Assembly: GCA_023408315.1 (NCBI GenBank)
Contig: JAEYKI010000013.1
Coordinates: 4,721-36,720 of the forward strand
DNA length: 32,000 nucleotides
DNA from: Bacillota bacterium
GTDB taxonomy: Bacteria > Bacillota > Clostridia > Christensenellales > Christensenellaceae
Reading direction: 5' to 3'
In this document: positions 19,587 to 28,627 of the stretch, in pieces
Layout: each line of letters begins with the position of its first letter
How positions within the stretch are numbered: position 1 is the stretch's first letter
The notes under the pieces: model-generated
The model's input: the letters and a program-made list of their open reading frames with translations, nothing else
Told to the model about the DNA's origin: nothing
Databases searched by the model: none
Made by a program: the position numbers and the translations under genes

Positions 19587-21807
19587 CCGCCGATCCGGCG
19601 CGCATCAGCCCGAAGCCCTGGGGCGAATTGGTAATGAAGGCCGCCTGGCTGGTAGACAAATCCAGCAGCCGCGTCAAAGTCTCCCGGTCGGGCTGCGACT
19701 GGTTGAGCATAAACACGAACTCGGAGTTGGCGAGCATATTACGCGCGTAGCTAGACTCCATCACTTGCGTCACATTTTGCGTGATGCCGGTCATGTACCC
19801 GCCGTACTTGCGCACCAGCTTCCAGAACGAATCCACCAGCTCCGCCGTGTAATCCATCAGGAACATCATCCACAGTTCGTCAAAATACACCCAGGTACGC
19901 TTGCCCAGCTTCTTGTTCCGCGCCACACGCGACAGTACCGCGTCCATCACCACCGTCATACCAACCGGCTTCATTTGATCTTCCAAATCTTTGATATCAA
20001 AACATATCAGCCTTTTGTTCATATCCACATTGCTTTTATGGGCAAACACGTTCAGGCTGCCTGTAACAAATATCTCAAAGTTCAATGCGATATCCCGCGC
20101 CTCCGGTTCCTTTTGTGCAAGCAAAAGCTCGTACAGGTCAACCAGCGTACATTCGTCTTTCCGCTGCATCAATAGATTACGCACACACCGGTCGATGATC
20201 GATCGCTGCGCGTTGTTGATCGTCCCCAGGAACTGCTCGGCCAGTGACAGGACAGACTGGCTTTTCACTTTGATTGCATCCCCCGCGTCAAGGTCGTCAT
20301 TCCGATCCATAACATTGATGTAGTCCTTAGAATAGGCGGAAACATCAATGATAGAGCCGCACAGCAGCTCCACCAGCGCGGTATACTCCCGCTGCGGATC
20401 AATCACAATCACATCGTCGTTTAGATATTTCAGCATTACGGCTATCATTTCGGATTTCGCAGTCACGGATTTCCCGCCGCCCGATATGGCAAGGATGAAC
20501 GCGTTGCCGTTCGCGGTTTTCGACCTGTCGGCCACAACCAGGTTCCCGGAAATCTGGTTGGTGCCGTAACAGATGCCTTCCCGTTCCCAAATCTCCTGCG
20601 TATTGAACGGAATGAACATGGCCGCGCACTCGGACTCCAGGCTGCGCAAGGTATCCGTAAAGCGAAGCCCATAGGGCAATACGGTGTTCAGGCCCTTGCG
20701 CTGCTGGTAGAAAAGAGATCCCATCTGGCAGTCCTTTACGCGGCCCGCCGCCAGCAACGCCTTCGTGTCACTGTTCAGCTCCTTCAGCGAATCAGCCATA
20801 TGCACCAGGGTAACCTGCCCCAGCACAAGCCGTTCGTCCCGCTCGTCCATGTTCTCAAGCACCAGCTCGTACCCGTTTTTCTTTTGCTCCAGTTGCATGG
20901 GGGGCTGGGCGTAGAAATTACCTAATTTACCGCCCATCCGCACAGAATTGCTGATTTCCGTATTCACAGCCAGCAATTTATGCTCCACCAGCCTGTGCGA
21001 TTCCTCCCTGGACTTGTTGATCATATGCATGGAGAGCGCCATTTCAAACGGCTGCTCCATCAGTACGGACAAGATGCTGTCCTGCAGGCTGGAAGGAAAT
21101 TTGTCCAGGCACAGAACGCGCCCGTACCGGTTTTCCACCTTGAAATAATCCTCGTTAAACGGAAACTCCAGGCCCATGGGGCATAAATAGCTCCGGACGT
21201 CGTTCCCCAGCCTGATTTCCCTGTCCAGGTCAAGATTGAAATTTCCCGACTGTCCGGGCCGGTAAAAGTCATGCAGCACGCGTGCCCGCTCCAGTGTGGT
21301 GAGCCGCTCGCATTCGCTGCCCAGCGCCTTAAAATATGTTTTAAAGCTGCCCTCCAACCGGTTGAACACAATCTTTGCTTCATCAACCGTCCGCCTGGGA
21401 ACGCTGATCGTAAGATACCTGTCCCGCAGGATGTTGTTGCTTCCCGCGTTTGCACGGTCTGCGTTCATCTTGTTGAGCTCGTGCCGGTATACGTCCAGCC
21501 CGTCGCCCTGATCCGGTATGCTGAGCGCCTCGCGGAACATTGCCGCGTCCGCCTTGCGGTTCACCAGTGTAATCTGCGCCAGGCAATCCTCGTCGATCAT
21601 CTTGATGATATCCCGGTACTGGACAATCATATCCTTCTGCGCCGGTTCGCTGGCAGCGGCGTACTCAATATCCGAAAAACGAAAGCTTACGGAAAACTCC
21701 TGGCTATGCTCAAATATACCGTTCGGGTGCCATGCCCGTATCGGAATGTTCCGCTGCCCGCTGTCCGGGAACCTGTGCACATCCTTATTCCCCTTTGGTT
21801 TCCACAT
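19462..21807 (-). CDS. virB4: VirB4-family type IV secretion ATPase
   Basis: It has a Walker A (ILAISGGGKSVTAK) and a Walker B (TWVYFDELW). The N-terminus MWKPKGNKDVHRFPDSGQRNIPIRAWHPNGIFE fits Gram-positive VirB4/TrsE-like proteins. I chose the ATG at 21805-21807 over the longest ORF (21897). Confidence 0.88.
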   Translation of the reverse strand: MWKPKGNKDVHRFPDSGQRNIPIRAWHPNGIFEHSQEFSVSFRFSDIEYAAASEPAQKDMIVQYRDIIKMIDEDCLAQITLVNRKADAAMFREALSIPDQGDGLDVYRHELNKMNADRANAGSNNILRDRYLTISVPRRTVDEAKIVFNRLEGSFKTYFKALGSECERLTTLERARVLHDFYRPGQSGNFNLDLDREIRLGNDVRSYLCPMGLEFPFNEDYFKVENRYGRVLCLDKFPSSLQDSILSVLMEQPFEMALSMHMINKSREESHRLVEHKLLAVNTEISNSVRMGGKLGNFYAQPPMQLEQKKNGYELVLENMDERDERLVLGQVTLVHMADSLKELNSDTKALLAAGRVKDCQMGSLFYQQRKGLNTVLPYGLRFTDTLRSLESECAAMFIPFNTQEIWEREGICYGTNQISGNLVVADRSKTANGNAFILAISGGGKSVTAKSEMIAVMLKYLNDDVIVIDPQREYTALVELLCGSIIDVSAYSKDYINVMDRNDDLDAGDAIKVKSQSVLSLAEQFLGTINNAQRSIIDRCVRNLLMQRKDECTLVDLYELLLAQKEPEARDIALNFEIFVTGSLNVFAHKSNVDMNKRLICFDIKDLEDQMKPVGMTVVMDAVLSRVARNKKLGKRTWVYFDELWMMFLMDYTAELVDSFWKLVRKYGGYMTGITQNVTQVMESSYARNMLANSEFVFMLNQSQPDRETLTRLLDLSTSQAAFITNSPQGFGLMRAGSAVVPINALFDENTRLYRAITTKLEEVARFEAERQRLAGDGKA

Positions 21808-21941
21808 GCTTCCACAACCGCCCAGGGCGTACCCCCGGCAAACGCGTCCGGGGTGGTCTGCAACAAAACCCGGATGTCGCGAAGCGAGCCGTTCCAAAAG
21901 TTAATGCCGTTTTGCAGCAAATCCACAATCTTCTGTTCCAA
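21808..21941 (-). pseudogene. Possible 5' remnant (~45 codons) of a deleted T4SS membrane-protein gene
   Basis: The TTG start lies 6 nt after GAGGTG. The first 45 codons (MEQKIVDLLQNGINFWNGSLRDIRVLLQTTPDAFAGGTPWAVVEA) look protein-like. The ORF then runs out of frame through the virB4 start as Arg/Gly-rich nonsense. Confidence 0.3.
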
Positions 21942-21982
21942 TCATTTCACCTCGTTTCAAGAGGGGCCAAAAGCCCCTCCCC

Positions 21983-22300
21983 TTATACCTGAACCCCAAT
22001 CGCCTGCAGAACATATTTAACGCCAAACAAGACCGCGCCACCCGCCAGAAACATGATAGACTGTGTGCGCTGGGATGCGTCGTTGCTTTTGAACGATAAC
22101 CCCAGCTGCACAAATCCAAAGATTATGCCGATCACCCCGATACCGCTTACAATGTTCAGGATAAACGATGTAAGGTTATTCATTGCCTGCAGCGGATCCA
22201 TACCCTGCTGCACATCCACCGCCAGGGCAATCCTGCCCGTTCCCATCGTTACCGCGGCAGCACCGGCTGCCCAATACTTCCTTTTGTTCATTTTCCTCAT
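21983..22300 (-). CDS. Small membrane protein, Maff2/VirB2-like (pilin-like T4SS component)
   Basis: It is 105 aa with a signal-like N-terminus and two hydrophobic helices flanking a short polar loop (..IVSGIGVIGIIFGFVQLGLSFKSNDASQRTQSIMFLAGGAVLFG..). It sits between virD4 and virB4. Confidence 0.55.
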   Translation of the reverse strand: MRKMNKRKYWAAGAAAVTMGTGRIALAVDVQQGMDPLQAMNNLTSFILNIVSGIGVIGIIFGFVQLGLSFKSNDASQRTQSIMFLAGGAVLFGVKYVLQAIGVQV

Positions 22301-22316
22301 TTCAAAAATCTCCTTT

Positions 22317-24026
22317 TCATGCTTTTGTTACGGCTTCCCAATCCTCGTAGCTATCCACCCGCTGCGGCTCGTAGCGGTATGCCGCCGCGCCGCCCGGTTG
22401 AATGAGTTTATAATTGCGATGCCGTTTCATCTGATACTTTTTATCCATCACCGGCTTTTCGCCGGATATGAGCACCAGGCAATCATCGTCGGCCATCAAA
22501 CGCGCTTCATCCGAAGTCATCAGCTCGCGCCCAGTAATATTGATACTCGTGTTGGAATTGTTGCCGGTCTTCCCGACGGTCTGGTAATTGATCGTTGCCT
22601 TGCCCATATCTTTGGAGAAATACTCCCGCGTCTCCTGGTTGGAGCCGCCCAGATAAAGGAGGGTGTTGCAGTTTCCCACAATGTTGTCCCATCTGTCTTT
22701 GAATATGGGCTTTAGCTGTGTCAGGTTTTGCAGGATGATGCTGACGGATATGCCCCTGCTCCGGCAGGTACCCAATTCCTGGTCAAAATCATCCGGCAGC
22801 GCGATATTGGCAAATTCATCCAAAACAAAAGCTACCTGCCGGGGCAGCCTGCCCGTGTCGCTGTGGTCTGCACGGTAGTACAAGTCTTTAAACAGCCGGG
22901 CGTACAGCAGGGCCGGTATGAAGTTAAACGTCTTATCATTGTCCGGGATCACACAGAAAATGGCCATGGGCTGCTTACCGCTGCCCAGGCTATTAAGCTC
23001 CATTTCGTCGTCGCCCAGCAGATCGGCCACCTCCCGAACCAAAAATTTGTTGATCCGCGCCACCATCTGCATCTTGATGGACTTTAATGTTTTTGCGGGA
23101 GAGTTGCGCACCAGCTTCCAGTTCTGCAGGGCAATGGATTCAGGGTCCCGTTCCTCCAGCTCCGCGAACAGCCGGTCAAGCGGGCTGACAAACTTCTCGT
23201 CATCCTCCCTTACGACCATATACCGCAGCAGCGTGGGAATCATTGCCATGTTCTGCTCCCAGCTCGGGGCCTCGTGCCACAGGTACAGCAGGAACGCCTG
23301 CATCAGCGTTGTTTCTGAATTCACCCAGAACTGGTCCCCTTTATGCGCGTCCTTGTCGGTGGTCGCGTTGATGAAGTCCGTTACCAGCCGCAGGATATCC
23401 AGGTCGCTTTTGACATAGGCCAGCGGATTGAACCGGCTGGATTTTTCCATGTCGATCAGGTTTAATACCCGTATCCGGTATCCCAGCTTCTCCAGCATCC
23501 CGCCCGCCATGCGCAGCGCCTCCCCTTTCGGGTCTGTGATTACATAATCCATAACCGCCTGCATCAGGTTGGGCAGCACATAGCCGCGCGTCTTGCCGCT
23601 GCCGGAACCGCCAATCAGCAGGATGTTCAGATTTTTCTTGTGTTTGAAACTCCTGGCGTTCAGCCCCAGGCGCAGTTTTTTTGAAATCACCAGGCTTTCC
23701 TTCTGCGCGTACCGCCTCCGGAGCTGCCCGATGCTGCCCCACTCGGCCTGGCCGTGTTCCTTGCCTTTCATGTACTTGCCGTAGGTGACCATATACGACG
23801 CCAGAAGTACCATCCAGATCACCACCACAATGATGCAAAAGGCGGCTGTTTGTTCAGCCGCCTTGAAAGCGAATGGTTGCTGTATGGTACTGTAAAAAGC
23901 GCTCTCGAAGGTTTCGTATGGAACCCCTGGATAGTACACCATCGCGGCCTTGGCGGCCAGGTACAGCGCAGCCCCCAGGATTACCGCCCAGAACGCCACA
24001 ATACCGCTCAGCTTGCGCTCGTGCAT
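22317..24026 (-). CDS. virD4: VirD4/TraG-family type IV coupling protein
   Basis: There are two N-terminal TM helices, a Walker A (LLIGGSGSGKTRGYVLPN) and a Walker B (VAFVLDEFANI). Confidence 0.88.
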   Translation of the reverse strand: MHERKLSGIVAFWAVILGAALYLAAKAAMVYYPGVPYETFESAFYSTIQQPFAFKAAEQTAAFCIIVVVIWMVLLASYMVTYGKYMKGKEHGQAEWGSIGQLRRRYAQKESLVISKKLRLGLNARSFKHKKNLNILLIGGSGSGKTRGYVLPNLMQAVMDYVITDPKGEALRMAGGMLEKLGYRIRVLNLIDMEKSSRFNPLAYVKSDLDILRLVTDFINATTDKDAHKGDQFWVNSETTLMQAFLLYLWHEAPSWEQNMAMIPTLLRYMVVREDDEKFVSPLDRLFAELEERDPESIALQNWKLVRNSPAKTLKSIKMQMVARINKFLVREVADLLGDDEMELNSLGSGKQPMAIFCVIPDNDKTFNFIPALLYARLFKDLYYRADHSDTGRLPRQVAFVLDEFANIALPDDFDQELGTCRSRGISVSIILQNLTQLKPIFKDRWDNIVGNCNTLLYLGGSNQETREYFSKDMGKATINYQTVGKTGNNSNTSINITGRELMTSDEARLMADDDCLVLISGEKPVMDKKYQMKRHRNYKLIQPGGAAAYRYEPQRVDSYEDWEAVTKA

Positions 24027-24028
24027 AT

Positions 24029-25498
24029 TTACCGCTCCTTTCCTGCCCTGCTCTTGGCCCTGTCCAAAACTTTTTCCAGGTTTTTGCCGCGCTGGGATAC
24101 GCTTTTAAGCACGGCGTCCTTCTGCCGCCGCAACAGTTCCGGCGACGCCTTCATGCTGCTGATGTAGTCAAACTTGTATTGCGTCCCGTTGATCCCGTAT
24201 TTGGCGCAAGTGGCGTAAGTAACGCTTTCCGCGCGGAACCGGTTGTTTTCGCGGGTGTACGCGTCCGCACCCTGCTCCGCAAAGCATTGCGCGTACTCCG
24301 ATTCCCGTACCAGCGCCTGCAGCTGACTGTCCTCGTCCATGCCCTCCCTCAACTGGATCGTATTGCTCTCCGGAACAAACAGCGCGCCTTCCTCCAGTTC
24401 GGCAACAGTGGTAACCCGGTACTCCGATTTCAGGTGTTCCACGGCCCGCCCGATCTCATCGTCACTCAGGCGCGTAAAGAACGACCGGATATTGACTTCC
24501 GAACCGGCGGTATCCGCGAGATCGTAAACCGGCACCGGCACAAACGCCTGTTTTCCGTTCACCACGCCGTCCGGCCTCAAAACCTTTATGGCCTCCGCGT
24601 CCGTGGCCACGGTGCGCCCGATATCCGCCCAGGACGTTTTGCTCATTACCATTGTCGCGTCCGGACGCTGTTCGTAAATCTTTTCCTTGTTCTTCTCCGA
24701 ATACTCATACAGTACTGTTTGCATCTCCAGGTACGCCTGCCACTTCTCCGGCGTGTACCCTTCGGGATTCCCGCCGTTGATGTCGGCCACCGTCTTCCTG
24801 ATTTCCTCGTTGTCCATCCGGCTGACCTGGTTCCTGTCCCACTGCCGCTCGTCTTCACGCGCGTTTGTTTCCGTCTGGTATTTTTCCAGCTTGGACTTGG
24901 CGCTTTCCCGCACATCCTCCACCGTGTACTCGTGCATAGGGATATCGTCCCTGGTCAGCCCCATGCGCTCAATGATGATATTGAATTTCTCAATATCGGC
25001 CCGTTTGAACATGATGTCATACAGGTTGATCTCCGTAATGGCCGCTTCTTCCGGCGTCAGCCCCAGCTTCGCGGTTATGGCATTGAACTTCTCCATGTCA
25101 GCCCGCTTGAAGGATATATCATACGCGCCGTCCGGCCGCAGAACGGAACTGAACTCAAGCCCGGATTCCTTTGCCTGCCTGGCCACCTCCGCAAACCGTT
25201 CAGCCGTGATCCGCGCCGCGACGGTATTCCCCTTTGCGAATATCGCGTGATAAGGCAACCCATACGTTTTCGCCAGATTCATAAACTCCTGCGCCCGGTT
25301 CTCCGGGATCGATACAAGCATTACTTGTTCCCCCGTCCGCAGCATCCGTTTCAGGCCGGTCTCCCCGTACAGTTTTTCGCGCTGTGCCATTGCCCTTAAA
25401 AAGGCGATGAACTGCGCCGCCCCCTTCACCCCGTCCTTTACGCACGTTACCGTGATCTCCATTCCCTGGAATATGCCCCTTGCCGCTTCTCCTTCCAT
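24029..25498 (-). CDS. PcfB-like N-terminal domain protein with an internal tandem duplication and an uncharacterized C-terminal domain
   Basis: The N-terminus (..VSIPENRAQEFMNLAKTYGLPY..) resembles PcfB-type conjugation accessory proteins. There are two tandem ~37-aa repeats (YDISFKRADMEKFNAITAKLGLT / YDIMFKRADIEKFNIIIERMGLT). The stop lies 2 nt before the virD4 start. Confidence 0.6.
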   Translation of the reverse strand: MEGEAARGIFQGMEITVTCVKDGVKGAAQFIAFLRAMAQREKLYGETGLKRMLRTGEQVMLVSIPENRAQEFMNLAKTYGLPYHAIFAKGNTVAARITAERFAEVARQAKESGLEFSSVLRPDGAYDISFKRADMEKFNAITAKLGLTPEEAAITEINLYDIMFKRADIEKFNIIIERMGLTRDDIPMHEYTVEDVRESAKSKLEKYQTETNAREDERQWDRNQVSRMDNEEIRKTVADINGGNPEGYTPEKWQAYLEMQTVLYEYSEKNKEKIYEQRPDATMVMSKTSWADIGRTVATDAEAIKVLRPDGVVNGKQAFVPVPVYDLADTAGSEVNIRSFFTRLSDDEIGRAVEHLKSEYRVTTVAELEEGALFVPESNTIQLREGMDEDSQLQALVRESEYAQCFAEQGADAYTRENNRFRAESVTYATCAKYGINGTQYKFDYISSMKASPELLRRQKDAVLKSVSQRGKNLEKVLDRAKSRAGKER

Positions 25499-26952
25499 TC
25501 TTCTGTTTCCTCTCTTTCCTTATGTTTTTGTTCCTCGCCGCGGATATGCCCGCAGCTCTCCATGATACCCTCCAGCATGCGCAGCTGCCCGCGCAGCAGG
25601 ACTAGATCCTTTTTGTTCCGCGCGATTGCTTCCAGCAACTCCACGCGCTTTTGCGCAACAACCTCCATCCTGTCTCCGTACCCTTTTTCCCGCAACACCT
25701 CCTTTGCCTGCTCAAACCGCTCCCTGTGGACGCCATCCAACTTATTCGCTATGGGCGCGTACCGCATGTAGTTCCGGTGCGCCTCAAACAATGCCCGGTT
25801 CCCCCGAAGCGCGCCCCGCAGCCTGTACTTTTCTTCGTCCAACCTGGCAATCTGCCCGCGCACCGCCACACGCTGCCGTGCCACATCCCGCAACCCGTCC
25901 ATACGGTTCTCCGCCAGAAACTTCAATTGTTTCCGGTAACGGTCAAACTTCTGGTACTCACTGGCCGGTACCCTGCGCACCGGGCGCTGGCCGGGCGCTT
26001 TGATCTTGCCCAGCACAAACATCCACCGGATATACATTGCCTCCAGCCGGGTCAGCTTGTGTCCATTCCTCCTCCGCATGCCCCGGCCACGGTACACCCT
26101 TCCGGCCCGCGGCTTCTCTGCCGGGCGATCCCGGCCATTGATCAGGGCTTTCAGCACATCGTCCGTAAAGCCCAGGGTGGACAGCCGGAAAAACCTGTCG
26201 CGCTCCAGCGGGCGCACCTTTGGGTGCTTGCCGGTCACATCTACCTCGTATCCCATATTTTCAAGAGCGGTATACAATTCGCCCAGGCTGCCTGCCTGCG
26301 ACGCGCAGCTCTCCACATCGGCATGGATGATCTCCCCCAGCGACCGCCCGCCACGGCCATACCGCCGCAGCCATTCCTCATACGTCATCTGCCTGCTGTC
26401 AATGTTCTCGATCACAGACAGACCGTACTGGCGGCACAGGTCGTTACTGATGCCGTACAGCTTTGTATAAAACTCGCTGTTGCTCATATGAAACTTGCTG
26501 CCGTCCACGAAAGAAACCGAATTTACTATCAGGTGATTGTGAATATGTCCACGATCAAGGTGCGTCCCGATCACCACCTCATAATCATTCAGCCAGGCTT
26601 TGGCGTACTCCACGCCGATCTGATGCGCCAGTTCGGGCGTGATCTCCCCGGGGGCGAACGACTGGATCAGGTGGTACGCCTGGCGCTTGTCCATCTTGCC
26701 GTATTTCTGCTTGGTAGCAATCATTTTTTCCGCGGCGGTTTCCGGGAAGCAGTTGACGCCGGTGACAAGCTGCCGCTCATCCATTTGCGTCTTTTCCCCG
26801 TTTGCCGCGTATCCGGTCAGCGTATCCAGCAGCTCCTTCTCCGCTTCCCGCTCCATAGTCCTGTGCGTCGTCTTATTCGGATTCGCCGCGTACTCCGCCG
26901 CTTCTTTCAAATGCCTTTGGCTCTTGATCACGTTTATGCTGTTATATGCCAA
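25447..26952 (-). CDS. Relaxase (MobA/VirD2-type relaxase/mobilization nuclease)
   Basis: It has the histidine triad HLDRGHIHNHLIVNSV and the N-terminus MAYNSINVIKSQRHLKEAAEYAANPNKT, typical of this family. I chose TTG 26950-26952, which lies 7 nt after GGGAGG. The longer tracked ORF (to 27066) adds a Phe-rich extension encoded by T-runs and a hairpin. Confidence 0.85.
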   Translation of the reverse strand: MAYNSINVIKSQRHLKEAAEYAANPNKTTHRTMEREAEKELLDTLTGYAANGEKTQMDERQLVTGVNCFPETAAEKMIATKQKYGKMDKRQAYHLIQSFAPGEITPELAHQIGVEYAKAWLNDYEVVIGTHLDRGHIHNHLIVNSVSFVDGSKFHMSNSEFYTKLYGISNDLCRQYGLSVIENIDSRQMTYEEWLRRYGRGGRSLGEIIHADVESCASQAGSLGELYTALENMGYEVDVTGKHPKVRPLERDRFFRLSTLGFTDDVLKALINGRDRPAEKPRAGRVYRGRGMRRRNGHKLTRLEAMYIRWMFVLGKIKAPGQRPVRRVPASEYQKFDRYRKQLKFLAENRMDGLRDVARQRVAVRGQIARLDEEKYRLRGALRGNRALFEAHRNYMRYAPIANKLDGVHRERFEQAKEVLREKGYGDRMEVVAQKRVELLEAIARNKKDLVLLRGQLRMLEGIMESCGHIRGEEQKHKEREETEEWKEKRQGAYSREWRSR

Positions 26953-27014
26953 CGCAACGCCTCCCTTCCGCTTCGGTGCAGCCCGGAGCTGCCCGAAAAA
27001 AAACAATATTCGTT

Positions 27015-27032
27015 GCCAACCGCAGGCGGTTG
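27015..27032. promoter_or_regulatory. Perfect inverted repeat CCAACCGC-AG-GCGGTTGG between mobC and the relaxase gene
   Basis: The arms are 8 bp with a 2-nt spacer, flanked by A8/T8 runs. Function is unknown; a relaxosome site or an RNA hairpin are possibilities. Confidence 0.35.
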
Positions 27033-27079
27033 GAAAAAAAACCTTCCGGTATGCCTTGCGGGACAAAAGAAACTCAGGG

Positions 27080-27424
27080 TCACAATCCCCCGAGCTTCTC
27101 GTCCACCAGCTCCTTTATTTCTTCAAGCCACGCTTCCACCCGGCCCAGCGCCTCCGCCGTGATCCGCTTGTCCGTATTGGCGTACCGGGCCATTTGGTTG
27201 ATGTTGTTGCCAATGGCATTCACTTCCCGGTACATCTCCCGCGCCAGCTCGCTGTCAATAATCACGATCCGCTCATCCGTCAGGCACCGCCGCCGGATGA
27301 ACCCCGCAACCGAAAACCCCGCCATCCGGGCCAGCCGCCGAAGCTGGAAGTATTCCGCTTCGTTCAAACAACATTCAATTGCTATGGGCCTCCTAAGCTT
27401 TTTCTTTTTCTCTCTTGTTGGCAC
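27080..27424 (-). CDS. mobC: MobC-family relaxosome accessory protein
   Basis: ..FQLRRLARMAGFSVAGFIRRR...VNAIGNNINQMARYAN.. is the MobC signature. The start is GTG, 7 nt after GGAGG. Confidence 0.85.
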   Translation of the reverse strand: MPTREKKKKLRRPIAIECCLNEAEYFQLRRLARMAGFSVAGFIRRRCLTDERIVIIDSELAREMYREVNAIGNNINQMARYANTDKRITAEALGRVEAWLEEIKELVDEKLGGL

Positions 27425-27450
27425 ATTTTAACCTCCATTTTCATTTTTTA

Positions 27451-27579
27451 GCGGCTGTGCCGCTCAGGGTTTTAGGGCGCGCGGCCCCTGACAAGTGCAA
27501 AATCCCAGGATTTTGCGATACTTGCACAGGAAATGAACCGGTTCCCGGTTCACGCCTGCGGCGGCGGCCCTGGGGCCGC
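27451..27579. promoter_or_regulatory. Candidate oriT / mobC promoter region with four inverted repeats
   Basis: The repeats are GCGGC-TGT-GCCGC (27451-27463), GCAAAATCC-CA-GGATTTTGC (27497-27516), GAACCGG-TTC-CCGGTTC (27535-27551) and GCGGCC-CTGG-GGCCGC (27564-27579). The region is immediately upstream of mobC-relaxase, the usual oriT position. The nic site was not identified. Confidence 0.45.
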
Positions 27580-27663
27580 AATGAATTGAAAAGAAAAATA
27601 CATGTTGGTTGAACGATACAAAATAGCCATCACCCCAATACTCTTTTCTGTCAGTATTAAACA

Positions 27664-27697
27664 TAAAAAGAACACATGCCTTTAGCTATGTGCTCCT
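27664..27697 (-). terminator. Intrinsic terminator after the deaminase-fusion gene
   Basis: On the minus strand GAGCACAT, a 9-nt loop and ATGTGTTC (7 of 8 pairs) are followed by TTTTTAT. Confidence 0.6.
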
Positions 27698-27754
27698 TTT
27701 GTCATTAATTAATGATAAATATTTTAGTGTACAACAATTGAAAAATATAATAGG

Positions 27755-28627
27755 TTACTGGTCTTCTGAGATACTAATCATTTCTTCACAATATTTTGAA
27801 TAAGGTCTAAGGTTATTATAATTTCTGGAAAAATTCAACCTACTATCTATCTGTTTTAATAATACGTTGGTCGAGTTTTCATTTAACTTTCTACAAACGT
27901 TCCTTGTATCAAGACCTAGAATTCTACAAGCCTCCAAAGTAGGACAAAAGTTCACTGAATGAAAAACGATTCTCTTTTCTGTTTTCTCTATGATCGGTGC
28001 TTCAGCTTGAGTAATCCGAAAACGTTCAAGCAAGAGCCGGTAAGCAGAATAAAGCAAATCCTGAGAAATAAAAGCAAAGCTATCTTTGTTATCTTGGAAC
28101 CATTTCGTTCTTCTGCAAATAGAATCAGCATTAAGCTCATTCAAAATCTGATCATCAGAATTTCGCAAATGTTCAATTTCCTTTCTAACATCTTCGCGAT
28201 ATAAAACCGAGCATTCGGTTCCTAAAATTCCCTCATTGATTTTTATTTCAACACCCGCTCTGCTGAAAACTTCCATACAAGTAAGGTCCAATCGTCTTCT
28301 GCCTTGTGTAAGGGCTTCTTTAATTGAATATCCATATGCAATTTCGGTAATACCTGACCAAACAATCGCAGATGCGCACATCGGGCATGGTTCGTGTGTT
28401 GAAACAAGAATGCATCCAGAGAGATTTTTACCTTGTTTTCTACTTACTTCTTTAATGGCGTTCAGTTCAGCATGTGATGTTGGATCATTCTCTGTATCTT
28501 CTTTATCATGAGCAGACGCCAGAATATTTCCATCCTTTACAATCACTGCTCCAAATCCATTATTACCCTCACAAAGACTTACTTTCGCTTCTTTAATAGC
28601 AATTTTCATATACTGCTCTAGCTCCAA
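27755..28627 (-). CDS. Fusion protein: N-terminal zinc deaminase (guanine deaminase/TadA-like CDA fold) plus C-terminal ATC-hydrolase-like Cys-rich domain
   Basis: The N-terminal half has ..GFGAVIVKDGNILASAHDKEDTENDPTSHAELNAI...STHEPCPMCASAI, the H-A-E and PC..C zinc motifs, and is close to B. subtilis GuaD by memory. The C-terminal ~130 aa has ..IVFHSVNFCPTLEACRILGLDTRNVCRKLNE...YCEE.., which resembles the L-2-amino-thiazoline-4-carboxylate hydrolase family pattern. I chose TTG 28625-28627, about 6 nt after AAGGAGGG. Confidence 0.7.
   Translation of the reverse strand: MELEQYMKIAIKEAKVSLCEGNNGFGAVIVKDGNILASAHDKEDTENDPTSHAELNAIKEVSRKQGKNLSGCILVSTHEPCPMCASAIVWSGITEIAYGYSIKEALTQGRRRLDLTCMEVFSRAGVEIKINEGILGTECSVLYREDVRKEIEHLRNSDDQILNELNADSICRRTKWFQDNKDSFAFISQDLLYSAYRLLLERFRITQAEAPIIEKTEKRIVFHSVNFCPTLEACRILGLDTRNVCRKLNENSTNVLLKQIDSRLNFSRNYNNLRPYSKYCEEMISISEDQ

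Noticed and set aside
19330-27162. Very long plus-strand ORFs opposite the transfer genes (for example 23873-25399 at 508 aa, 25651-27162 at 503 aa, 19330-20175, 21271-22020, 22053-22715 and 30252-31169).
   Set aside because: They have the Arg/Pro/Leu/His-rich composition typical of antisense frames in GC-rich coding DNA. The opposite strand carries recognisable VirB4, VirD4, relaxase and helicase motifs.
27464-27664. A 66-aa minus-strand ORF upstream of mobC.
   Set aside because: It spans the inverted-repeat-rich candidate oriT, has no SD, and starts right at the terminator of the preceding gene. It is likely spurious.
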